Shown here: positions 9,035 through 17,594 of the stretch, piece by piece
Numbering within the stretch: position 1 is the stretch's first letter
Layout: every line of letters starts with the position of its first letter
Virus record (IMG/VR): IMGVR_UViG_3300047094_002472
Length of the DNA stretch: 64,000 nucleotides
Reading direction: 5' to 3' (one strand)
Source: a virus
Program-made: the position numbers and the translations under genes
The notes under the pieces: generated by a model
What the model was told of the DNA's origin: nothing
The model's database searches: none
What the model saw: only the letters and a program-made list of their open reading frames with translations

Positions 9035-10504
9035 ATGCAAATATTTAAACATGAAAAACTTGATGGAATAGACGAGCTAATCCAATCACAAGCCTCAATA
9101 ACCTACGCATCTCTTGCACAACCATCAGACCCTTCTCTTTCACAAAAAATGAAGGAAATGAAGTCCATTGCCTCATTAGAAGATAAAGACCTTTATTATG
9201 TTCAATCAATTTTAGTAACATCATCTTGGAACAAAAATGACGATATTTTTGATGCTCAAGAAATTTGGATCGCAAGAAACACACCATCCCACAAACCAAC
9301 AAACCTAGAACACGATGAGCATAGTATCATTGGACATATAACAGAAAACTGGCCAATGACCGATGATGGTATCCTAATTGATAATAACACACCAACAGAA
9401 AATTTACCACAAAAATACCATATTTTAACAGGCTCTGTGATCTATACCGGTTTTTCTGACCCTGCACTAAGAGACAGAGCATATAAGCTGATTTCTGAAA
9501 TAGAGTCTGGCGAGAAGTATGTTAGTATGGAATGTTATTTTAAGGGGTTTGATTATGGCTTACTAAACAAGACAAGCGGAGAATTTAGAGTATTATCAAG
9601 AGGAGAAGATACCTCCTATTTGACTAAATATCTTAGAGCATACGGTGGTGACGGCGAGCACGAAAATTATAAAATTGGTAGAGTTTTACGAGAAATAACA
9701 TTCTCTGGTAAAGGTTTTGTAAATAGACCAGCAAACCCAGAAAGTGTTATTTTTACGAAAGATAATATGAAAAATCTAGAGCCGTCCCAAAGTTCTGAAA
9801 TAATTAATTTAGAAAAAAAGACGATTTCCGAAACAATAGGTGTATTTTCTAATCAAGCTAATTTAAAGGAGACGAATATGAGTGAACAGACCGAAGTTAT
9901 CACAAACGAAGTTACCACAACTGAAACAGAGGTAGTAGCTATGAATGACTGCTCAGAAGCACAGGCTTCCGTTACAAGCCTACAAGAAAAAACAACAGAA
10001 CTCGAAACACAACTTGCTGAAGCCAGAGAGACCATTTCGGCTCTAGAAACAGCCCAAGCAGAAGTAGCCAATCTTAAGGCTGAACTAGAAGCAGCATCAG
10101 AAGTTATCGCTGCTTATAAGAAGAAGGACGAAGAGATGGTCAAGAAAGAAAAGAAGATGAAGAGAATGGCCGCTCTCGTAGATAATGGCATCGAGGCCGA
10201 AGTAGCCGAAGCCACAGTAGAAAAATTTGATTCTCTAGACGATGCCTCGTTCGAAGCTATGACAAGCCTCCTAGCTGCTAAAAAAGCAAAAGAGGAGAAG
10301 AAGCCTGTTGTAGAAGAGAAAGAGGAAGAAAAAGAAGAAGCTTCCCAGGAAGTAGATGCTTCTGTACTAGAGAACGTCGAAGTTGAGCAAGAAATCGATC
10401 TAAGTGTTGGTGGTAACGCCTCCACAGAAATCGAAAGCACAAGAGCAGCTTTAGTTGATTTTGTTTATAATAGACTAGGTAAAAAACTTAATAAGGGAGA
10501 GTGA
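9035..10504 (+). CDS. Prohead protease with C-terminal scaffold domain
   Basis: NKNDDIF, NLEHD, VSMEC (catalytic Ser), FSGKGFVNRPANP; acidic coiled-coil C-terminal half. Confidence 0.8.
   Translation: MQIFKHEKLDGIDELIQSQASITYASLAQPSDPSLSQKMKEMKSIASLEDKDLYYVQSILVTSSWNKNDDIFDAQEIWIARNTPSHKPTNLEHDEHSIIGHITENWPMTDDGILIDNNTPTENLPQKYHILTGSVIYTGFSDPALRDRAYKLISEIESGEKYVSMECYFKGFDYGLLNKTSGEFRVLSRGEDTSYLTKYLRAYGGDGEHENYKIGRVLREITFSGKGFVNRPANPESVIFTKDNMKNLEPSQSSEIINLEKKTISETIGVFSNQANLKETNMSEQTEVITNEVTTTETEVVAMNDCSEAQASVTSLQEKTTELETQLAEARETISALETAQAEVANLKAELEAASEVIAAYKKKDEEMVKKEKKMKRMAALVDNGIEAEVAEATVEKFDSLDDASFEAMTSLLAAKKAKEEKKPVVEEKEEEKEEASQEVDASVLENVEVEQEIDLSVGGNASTEIESTRAALVDFVYNRLGKKLNKGE
9839..9845 (+). 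promoter_or_regulatory. KGTGTAT putative late promoter (nested scaffold, decoration, capsid)
   Basis: GGTGTAT 32 nt upstream of internal ATG 9878. Confidence 0.5.
9878..10504 (+). CDS. Nested in-frame scaffolding protein (internal start)
   Basis: AAAGGAG RBS just before in-frame ATG 9878 (MSEQTEV...), preceded by GGTGTAT at 9839. Confidence 0.6.
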   Translation: MSEQTEVITNEVTTTETEVVAMNDCSEAQASVTSLQEKTTELETQLAEARETISALETAQAEVANLKAELEAASEVIAAYKKKDEEMVKKEKKMKRMAALVDNGIEAEVAEATVEKFDSLDDASFEAMTSLLAAKKAKEEKKPVVEEKEEEKEEASQEVDASVLENVEVEQEIDLSVGGNASTEIESTRAALVDFVYNRLGKKLNKGE

Positions 10505-10506
10505 AC

Positions 10507-10962
10507 ATGGCGTTAAAACCAGATCGTATCGAGTCATACACAGACATCTCCTTCTTCTGCAACACAGTTGCTGAAAGAGGCGGTATCGTTGTACACGTAA
10601 CAAGTGGCAATGGGGTCAGCATGGATGATGCTGGTGCTGTCGTTGCTTATCCAACTGCTAACACAGGCACTAAGCCAGCTGGTCTTTTACTAAATGATGT
10701 TGTTAATCTTGATCTTACAAGACAGCACATCAATTGGCACAAAGACGAAGTACAGCTAGGTAGCAAGGTAACACTTCTCCGTCAGGGACAGGTAACAACT
10801 AACATGGTTGCTACTGGCGTTACCCCAGCTGCTGGTGCTGATGCTTACTATGACAATGTTGGTAAGCTTACAACAGTTGCAACAAACAGCGTTAAGGTCG
10901 GTCGTTTTCTTAGCGGCAAAGATGCTGACGGTTACGTTAAAGTAGACATCAATATTACATGA
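10507..10962 (+). CDS. Capsid decoration/cement protein
   Basis: About 150-aa beta-rich Gly/Ala/Val protein between scaffold and MCP; AAGGGAG RBS. Confidence 0.7.
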   Translation: MALKPDRIESYTDISFFCNTVAERGGIVVHVTSGNGVSMDDAGAVVAYPTANTGTKPAGLLLNDVVNLDLTRQHINWHKDEVQLGSKVTLLRQGQVTTNMVATGVTPAAGADAYYDNVGKLTTVATNSVKVGRFLSGKDADGYVKVDINIT

Positions 10963-10976
10963 TAAGGGAGAAAAAT

Positions 10977-11981
10977 ATGGCTAATAAAAGATTCGAAGCA
11001 ACACCAGAGTTAACAGATCTTCTTGTTCGCTCTGGCTCAGTTCAGAAAGAGCAGGCTCTTGCCGCTAATGCAGAATTTGCTAAGGCACTTGAGCTTCCTC
11101 TTCGTCAAGGCGTTTTGAGTGGCGATATTCTAGACGGCATCTATGAGCCAATCGTGCTCCAGCAGGGTGCTACTCCTGAATTCCCACTAGACTTCGTTGC
11201 CCCAGGCACCGAAAAGGACTTTGTGGCCTATACCATCCCAAACCATGGTTATATTCCACAGCGTCACGTTGAAGGCGATTACGTCATGGTTCCAACCTAT
11301 GACATTGGCGCTAGTATCGATTATCTTCTAAAGTATGCCCGCGATGCCCGTTGGGACGTTGTTGGTCGTGCTATGGAAGTTCTCGAAGCCCAATTCGTCA
11401 AGAAGATGAACGATGATGGCTGGCACACCCTTTTGGCTGCTGGCGTTGATCGCAACATCGTTGTTTATGACACCGATGCCAGTACTGGTCTTTTTACAAA
11501 GAGACTAGTAAGCTTGATGAAGACAGTTATGAGACGTAACGGCGGTGGTAACAGTGCCAGCAACAACCGTGGCATGCTAACCGACCTCTATGTTTCACCA
11601 GAGGCTATGGAAGACATTCGCAGTTGGGGCATCGATCAGATCGACGAAGTTACTCGTCGTGAGATCTATCTCGCTGCTGATGGTTCGGTTAACCGTGTAT
11701 TCGGTATTAACCTCCATGATCTCGACGAACTCGGCGAAGGTCAGCAATATCAGCTATTCTACAGTAATGTGCTCAATGGCACACTACCAAGTGGCAAGGC
11801 TGAGCTTGTTGTTGGTCTTGATCTTCGCAAGAGAGACAGCTTCATTATGCCAGTTCGCTCAGAAGTTCAAATCTTCGAAGACGATACACTACATCGTCAG
11901 AAGAGAGCAGGCTTCTACGGCTGGGCAGAGCAAGGCTTTGCTGTTCTCGACAACCGCAGAGTCATCCTCGGCGCTCTCTAA
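10977..11981 (+). CDS. Major capsid protein (HK97-like fold)
   Basis: Position, size (334 aa), strongly biased codon usage, AAGGGAG RBS, followed by strong terminator. Confidence 0.85.
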   Translation: MANKRFEATPELTDLLVRSGSVQKEQALAANAEFAKALELPLRQGVLSGDILDGIYEPIVLQQGATPEFPLDFVAPGTEKDFVAYTIPNHGYIPQRHVEGDYVMVPTYDIGASIDYLLKYARDARWDVVGRAMEVLEAQFVKKMNDDGWHTLLAAGVDRNIVVYDTDASTGLFTKRLVSLMKTVMRRNGGGNSASNNRGMLTDLYVSPEAMEDIRSWGIDQIDEVTRREIYLAADGSVNRVFGINLHDLDELGEGQQYQLFYSNVLNGTLPSGKAELVVGLDLRKRDSFIMPVRSEVQIFEDDTLHRQKRAGFYGWAEQGFAVLDNRRVILGAL

Positions 11982-12006
11982 GATCGTTTGCGATAACCAA
12001 ACAAAG

Positions 12007-12040
12007 AAAAGGCTGGCCTTCGGGCTGGCCTTTTTTTGTT
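12007..12040 (+). terminator. Rho-independent terminator after capsid gene
   Basis: AGGCTGGCC-TTCG-GGCTGGCCT followed by a T-run. Confidence 0.9.
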
Positions 12041-12063
12041 TTACTACATACTAAACAGATATA

Positions 12064-12070
12064 GGTGTAT
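12064..12070 (+). promoter_or_regulatory. KGTGTAT putative late promoter (neck genes)
   Basis: GGTGTAT in intergenic gap after capsid terminator, 42 nt upstream of ATG 12113. Confidence 0.55.
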
Positions 12071-12112
12071 TATACAGATATCTTCTAAAACATTAAAAAC
12101 AAAAGGTTTATT

Positions 12113-12637
12113 ATGAGCTGGCAAAACGAACTAACTATTATCGTACGCACTCTAATTAACGACTTAGACGAACCATATGATTTCACGGACAGTAGAATAC
12201 AGCAGGTTTTAGCTGTTGCGGCTAAATATGTTCAGTTTGACGTTAATCTAGACCATTTTTATCAAGTCGATGTTAATAGTGTCTCTATAACCCCAGATCC
12301 TTCTGCTGATAACGATGACACCTTTATCAGCATTGTTTGCCTTAAGGCCGCTTGTATTATAGACCAAGGAACATTTAGAACCAAGGCTGCAATAGAAGGA
12401 ATTAGAACGGCTCTTGGCCCTGCTTCTATTGGATTTTCTGGTACGCTGTCTGGCTGGTCTGCAATTATAGATCATGGAGCATGCGGCTTGTATGAGGAAC
12501 TGACTAGTCATTGGGACGTTAAGAATGCAACAGCTGTTCGTGCTGTTCTTGGTCCGTTCGTTGGTAATAAGTTTGATCCAAGATACTTGCTTAGAGGCCC
12601 CATCCGAGATAGAACTAACAATGATTTTTATGGTTAA
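12113..12637 (+). CDS. Head-tail connector/adaptor protein (putative)
   Basis: IVRTLINDLDEPYDFTDSRI N-terminus typical of gp6/gp15-like adaptors; synteny after MCP. Confidence 0.6.
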   Translation: MSWQNELTIIVRTLINDLDEPYDFTDSRIQQVLAVAAKYVQFDVNLDHFYQVDVNSVSITPDPSADNDDTFISIVCLKAACIIDQGTFRTKAAIEGIRTALGPASIGFSGTLSGWSAIIDHGACGLYEELTSHWDVKNATAVRAVLGPFVGNKFDPRYLLRGPIRDRTNNDFYG

Positions 12638-12652
12638 TAGAGTATAAAACAT

Positions 12653-13156
12653 ATGGACTATCCACTATATAAAAAACTATTTAACCAGCAAATGGATGCT
12701 TTTCTAGATTCCTCTGGATTAGCAACGGAGTGTTTGCTTACTTATGGCGTAAAAGACCTTGAGCAATGTTCTAACTGCTTATATGATTCAGCTCTTAAAA
12801 AATCTGCTAATATATACAAAACTGGAGGACCAATACCATTTGATCAAGGTCAAATATGTCCTCATTGCAGAGGCGTTGGACTGTATGGTAATGCTAAAAC
12901 AGAATCAGTATATCTAGCAGTTTTATGGGATTATAAATCTTGGGTTATTAAACCAGTAAACATAGAAAACCCTCAAGGCTATATTCAAACTATATGTCAT
13001 AAAAGTTATACTAGTCGTATTTTACAAGCACAAGAGATGACAATACCCAATATGAATCCAGACTCTCCGACCTTTATTTTAGACTCTGAGCCAAATCCTG
13101 GTGGACTAGGCGATCAAAATTATATTATTTGCACATGGAAAAAAATTAGAAAGTAA
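12653..13156 (+). CDS. Head closure/neck protein with two CxxC motifs (putative)
   Basis: CSNC and CPHCRGVG; synteny in neck module. Confidence 0.55.
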   Translation: MDYPLYKKLFNQQMDAFLDSSGLATECLLTYGVKDLEQCSNCLYDSALKKSANIYKTGGPIPFDQGQICPHCRGVGLYGNAKTESVYLAVLWDYKSWVIKPVNIENPQGYIQTICHKSYTSRILQAQEMTIPNMNPDSPTFILDSEPNPGGLGDQNYIICTWKKIRK

Positions 13157-13161
13157 AAATT

Positions 13162-14595
13162 ATGAATATTACTAAAAAATTAACAATGTTAACATATAAT
13201 GGTTCTTCCCTAGTTCTAGCCACTAGCGATATTAAACCTAACTTTAACACTATTTTTAGTATTAATGAAAGTGGTACAGGATATGTCTCTTTCTCCTCCT
13301 CCAGCTTGTTCAATTCTCTACCTAGTCTTCTTGATGGCAATACATATCTTATTGATAGTAAGAGCGAAATGCTCCCGTGGGTTCTTACAGAGATAATTAT
13401 AGATAATGGCTCCGCTACAACACCAGCGCCAACCACAACAGCGCCAACCACAACAGCGCCAGCGCCAACCACAACAGCGCCAACCACAACAGCGCCAACC
13501 ACAACAGCGCCAGCGCCAACCACAACAGCGCCAACCACAACAGCGCCAACCACAACAGCGCCAGCGCCAACCACAACAGCGCCAACCACAACAGCGCCAA
13601 CCACAACAGCGCCTACCACCACGGGCGTTCCAACAACCAGCGGCCCAACCACCACGGGTGAGCCAACAACAAGCGGTCCAACCACAACCGGTGGTCCAAC
13701 AACCACGGGCGTTCCAACCACCACGGTAGCGCCAACCACAACTGTTCCTCCGTATGCAATGTATGCGACACGAAGCAACTCTGCTCCAACAAGGGTTTCC
13801 GCTAACGGCATAGGAAACGGCTCCGCTGGTAACACTGGTAATTTTGCTAATTATGGAAGTAATGCTACCTGGAATGGAGCTATTGGTAATATTACTAGTG
13901 TAGGAACAAATGGTTCCAGCAGCTATTTTGGAACCCAGGATCAATCAGGAAATACATGGGAATGGAATGATAGTATCATACAAAGTACAAACAGAGGCAT
14001 ACTAGGAGGTAGCTATAATACAAGCATAGCTTCTGATCTATCGTCTATATCAAGAAAGTTCGCAGCACCAAACAGCGGCGCTATAAACTACGGGTTTAGG
14101 GTTTGTTCCAAATATCCTATTCCAGAAGGAAATACTCTAATTGAATTTGTACCTGTGCTTGAACAAAACAATCCTGCTAATTCTACAGGGTATGGATCTG
14201 TTTCTTACAGTTATTGTATTTCTAGATATCCTATAACGAACAGTCAATATGCTCAATTCTTATTAAGCATAGAGGGTGCGGATAGCTATAGTGCTTATGT
14301 TTCTACTATGGCATCGAATATACGAGGAGGCATTAATTCCGACTATACAGTAAAAGCTAATATGGGTAACAAGCCAGTAAACTATATTACTTGGTTTAGA
14401 GCTGCTAGATTCGTAAACTGGCTACACAACGGCATGGTATCCGGACCACAAAGCAGTCTAACCACAGAAAGCGGAGTTTATACTTTAAACGGAGCCAACT
14501 CTGGTGTGTCTTTTGCTAAAAATCCAGACGCAAACTACTGGATTCCTTCCGAAGACGAATGGTATAAGGCGGCTTACTATTTACCGACAGTATAA
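13162..14595 (+). CDS. Virion-associated protein: N-terminal domain, Thr/Pro stalk and circularly permuted FGE-sulfatase (SUMF1/CLec-fold) domain
   Basis: GTQDQSGNTWEW and GFRV occur before YPITNSQYAQFL, KPVNYITWFRAARFVNWL and IPSEDEWYKAAYY. Confidence 0.8.
   Translation: MNITKKLTMLTYNGSSLVLATSDIKPNFNTIFSINESGTGYVSFSSSSLFNSLPSLLDGNTYLIDSKSEMLPWVLTEIIIDNGSATTPAPTTTAPTTTAPAPTTTAPTTTAPTTTAPAPTTTAPTTTAPTTTAPAPTTTAPTTTAPTTTAPTTTGVPTTSGPTTTGEPTTSGPTTTGGPTTTGVPTTTVAPTTTVPPYAMYATRSNSAPTRVSANGIGNGSAGNTGNFANYGSNATWNGAIGNITSVGTNGSSSYFGTQDQSGNTWEWNDSIIQSTNRGILGGSYNTSIASDLSSISRKFAAPNSGAINYGFRVCSKYPIPEGNTLIEFVPVLEQNNPANSTGYGSVSYSYCISRYPITNSQYAQFLLSIEGADSYSAYVSTMASNIRGGINSDYTVKANMGNKPVNYITWFRAARFVNWLHNGMVSGPQSSLTTESGVYTLNGANSGVSFAKNPDANYWIPSEDEWYKAAYYLPTV
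13421..13745 (+). repeat. Coding tandem repeats (APTTT/APAPTTT, then G[VEG]PTTT/SGPTTT)
   Basis: Near-perfect gcgccaaccacaaca 15-nt units with a 51-nt higher-order period. Confidence 0.9.
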
Positions 14596-15236
14596 TGAAG
14601 CTATCTTTAAAACTCATAGAGAATAATTCAGAAATAGGAAATGGTATCCTTAATGCTTTATTACCTGAGGCGTCCGCCTTTATGAATAAAGCAAGTAAAT
14701 ATGTACAAAGTAATATATTCTCTATAATTAAAGAAAGTATTTTAGTTCAACCAGAATATAATTCACTTGTTAATGGGCAACTTAGACTAGAGCTTGGAAT
14801 ACCAGACGCAGCAATGAGAGTGGAAGATTTAATTAATGCTTGGATAAATAACACTATTGTAGAATATAAACCACCTCAAATAATGAACAATAGAATTAAA
14901 AGTAGTTTTACTATCAAAATGATTAGAGCTAATTTTTCTGATGTATTAAGTTTAAATTTAGCTAGTATTGAAAGAAGTGCTGTTGGGGCTACTATACCTT
15001 GGCTAGAGTGGCTATTATTAGAAGGTACGACCACTCTAGTAGACAACTATGAAGTGTTTATAGGTCCTCATAGTAGATCTAGAACAGGAGGAGCTATCAT
15101 GAAAGCTTCGGATGGTCAGGGTTGGGGAGTACCACCAGAATACTCAGGAACTATCAATGATAACTGGATAACTAGAGCAATAGAGGCTTGCAAGCCCGAC
15201 GTACAAAAACTTTTAGAAAAGGCCCTCTCACAATGA
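14595..15236 (+). CDS. Neck/tail-completion protein (putative)
   Basis: IPWLEWLL..G, SRTGGAIM, NWITRAI motifs; synteny. Confidence 0.5.
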   Translation: MKLSLKLIENNSEIGNGILNALLPEASAFMNKASKYVQSNIFSIIKESILVQPEYNSLVNGQLRLELGIPDAAMRVEDLINAWINNTIVEYKPPQIMNNRIKSSFTIKMIRANFSDVLSLNLASIERSAVGATIPWLEWLLLEGTTTLVDNYEVFIGPHSRSRTGGAIMKASDGQGWGVPPEYSGTINDNWITRAIEACKPDVQKLLEKALSQ

Positions 15237-16177
15237 ATAATATATGTCAGCCAAGCCCAGTATTTAAAAATGTGAAGAATATCACAGAAGACCTTTTATT
15301 AAATAGCATAGAGGCTAATCTAAAGCTTTTCTTGGACTGGGCATTTCTTAGCATAGGAGGATGGTTTGACGTAACTATTAATGAAAATACTCTTCAAAAT
15401 GACTCATACGATAAACTTATAGTAGCAGATGATAAGGCTTATACTGCTAGAACTGTTTGGGAAGCACAAAGAAAAGACTGGGTATGGGAAAATATAACTT
15501 ATTGCAATAGGAGTCCTATATCCAATCTTAATGTGACAGTAAATGGTAGCGTGGTGCCGAATACAGACTATACAATTAACTATCCACTTGGTCGTATTAT
15601 TTTCAACACCCCGATATCTGCATCATCTAATGTTAGATGTAACTATAGCTATAGATATGTTCAGACATATAGGGCTAATGATAGTGATTGGTTTAACTTA
15701 ATTCAATATAATGGGCCAACAACCACAAAAAATATAGATAGACTATCTAATGGTAGTTGGAAAATTGGAAAGAATCACGTTATTCAACTTCCTGCTATAG
15801 TCGTTGAGTCTTTGCCAAGATCGCGCTCTAGACCCCACGAAATAGGTAGTGGTGGATTGGTTCTGGAGCAAGATTTTGCTTTTCATATATTGGCCGATAA
15901 TAAAAACGACAGAAATAAAATTGTGGATATTTTAAGATTACAGCAAGATCTAATGATTTGGCTATTTGATACTAATGCTCTAACAGCCAACAATAAATAT
16001 CCCTTAGAGTATAATGGTTCTTTAAAGGCTACGCCCTTAATGTATCCTGATATAATTGGCCAATACCCTTGGAAGAAATGCTGGCTTAAGAATATTAGCG
16101 TTTTTGAGGTAGAATCCATAGATCCGAACATGCACAGAGCCGCTGTTAGAATGACAGCAGAAATAATTTATACATAA
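15233..16177 (+). CDS. Tail terminator-like protein with inserted beta domain (putative)
   Basis: QLPAIVVE..SRPHEIG..QDFAFHILADNKNDRNKIVD terminator-like core; YTINYPLGRIIF insert; precedes tail tube. Confidence 0.5.
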   Translation: MNNICQPSPVFKNVKNITEDLLLNSIEANLKLFLDWAFLSIGGWFDVTINENTLQNDSYDKLIVADDKAYTARTVWEAQRKDWVWENITYCNRSPISNLNVTVNGSVVPNTDYTINYPLGRIIFNTPISASSNVRCNYSYRYVQTYRANDSDWFNLIQYNGPTTTKNIDRLSNGSWKIGKNHVIQLPAIVVESLPRSRSRPHEIGSGGLVLEQDFAFHILADNKNDRNKIVDILRLQQDLMIWLFDTNALTANNKYPLEYNGSLKATPLMYPDIIGQYPWKKCWLKNISVFEVESIDPNMHRAAVRMTAEIIYT

Positions 16178-16189
16178 ATCTTGAGATTT

Positions 16190-16196
16190 TGTGTAT
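16190..16196 (+). promoter_or_regulatory. KGTGTAT putative late promoter (tail tube)
   Basis: TGTGTATAAT in intergenic gap, 71 nt upstream of ATG 16268. Confidence 0.5.
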
Positions 16197-16267
16197 AATA
16201 GTGTTGTATCGTACTATTAATCCATAATGGCGTAAAATCTTTAATAATAAAGACCGGAGATTAAAAC

Positions 16268-17542
16268 ATGTCAAATAAACGTATTTACTACGCAATCCAA
16301 CAGGTAACACTAGGCACAACAGGTGCTGATGACACAGAAGCAGCGATTCACGGTCTACAAACCGTTGGTATTACCACAAACTTCAACCTAGAGCAAGTAT
16401 TCGAGATGGGTCAGCTTGCTATCTACCAGAACATCGAAGGCATCCCACAGATCGAAGTAACCCTCAATAAAGTTCTAGATGGCTATCCATTAATTTATGT
16501 GTTAGCCACAGAAACTGGTTCCTCTCTTGGCACCAACCTTGTAGCCACCTCCGCAGACTTAGCTGGCCGTCAAAATGCTAGAACAGATATGAGACTATCG
16601 ATCTACCCAGATACGGAGTTATCTGCCACAGGTGCTACTCTTGCCAAGGGTCTTGTAACATGCACAGGCATGTACGTATCCAGTGTTAGTTATACCTTCC
16701 CTGTTGATGGCAACTTTACAGAAGACGTAACTCTAGTCGGCAACGACAAGGTTTGGAGTGATGGGGCTGTTGTAAATTCTGGCAAGTTTACAGGAAATAA
16801 TGATGTTCCTGCAGCTAATTCTGGCGTTAATCGTAGACAGCATCTAGATATGAGTGCGTGTCTATTTCCAACAGAAATTCCTGGTATCACCAACGATACT
16901 GCCAGTATTAATCATGGTAAAAATGAAGAGGGCGCAACAGATGGTGATGGCTTTAATACTCACTTCCAGAATATCACAGTAAGTGTGGATCTTGGTCGTG
17001 AAGCTATTCAAGAGCTTGGTTCTTTTGCTCCTTATCATCGCTATGTTACATTCCCAGTTTCCGTAACATCGGAGTTCTCGGTATTAGCAACAACTGGCGA
17101 CGGTATCAATGCCACAGAAGACGGCTACTATACAGCAACTAGTATTAATGGCACACCCTCTGTCGCTACAGGAAGCGAAGGTGCTTGTACTCCACGCTTC
17201 AATCTAAGAGATAATAAGATTTATCTCAAGACATGCGAAGGTACAAACATTTATCTTGGCACCAAAAATAAGTTAACATCTGTTAACTATACTGGTGGTG
17301 ATACTGGTGGTGGTAATGTTACTGTAACATATAGTTATCAAACCTTCAACGATTTCGTTGTTTGGCATGCGAACTCCCCATCAAACCCTCCCATTAGCTA
17401 TACCTTACCAACAACAACAACAACAGCACCAACAACAACATCAGCACCAACAACAACCAGTGCCCCTGGTGGTCAATCGGTAAATCGTTCGGTGCCAGTT
17501 GAAATTAAGGCTGGTGAAGTTAAGTTTCCAGGCAGAGCTTAA
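16268..17542 (+). CDS. Major tail tube protein with C-terminal Thr-rich extension
   Basis: Strong codon bias, GGAG RBS, IHGLQTVGITTNFNLEQVFEMG, position before chaperones and tape measure. Confidence 0.7.
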   Translation: MSNKRIYYAIQQVTLGTTGADDTEAAIHGLQTVGITTNFNLEQVFEMGQLAIYQNIEGIPQIEVTLNKVLDGYPLIYVLATETGSSLGTNLVATSADLAGRQNARTDMRLSIYPDTELSATGATLAKGLVTCTGMYVSSVSYTFPVDGNFTEDVTLVGNDKVWSDGAVVNSGKFTGNNDVPAANSGVNRRQHLDMSACLFPTEIPGITNDTASINHGKNEEGATDGDGFNTHFQNITVSVDLGREAIQELGSFAPYHRYVTFPVSVTSEFSVLATTGDGINATEDGYYTATSINGTPSVATGSEGACTPRFNLRDNKIYLKTCEGTNIYLGTKNKLTSVNYTGGDTGGGNVTVTYSYQTFNDFVVWHANSPSNPPISYTLPTTTTTAPTTTSAPTTTSAPGGQSVNRSVPVEIKAGEVKFPGRA

Positions 17543-17594
17543 TTAGTTAATAAATAAGTATTGTTGATATTGAGAACTGGATCGTGGACACTTT

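Noticed and set aside
13146-13944. Long antisense and alternate-frame ORFs over repeat regions (also 38107-39010 and 40217-40796)
   Set aside because: They arise from stop-free repeat or GC-rich sequence overlapping well-supported genes, and give low-complexity translations with no RBS.
13753-14112. Possible diversity-generating retroelement target (FGE/CLec fold)
   Set aside because: No reverse transcriptase and no second near-identical copy (template repeat) differing at adenines is visible in this window; a remote DGR elsewhere cannot be excluded.
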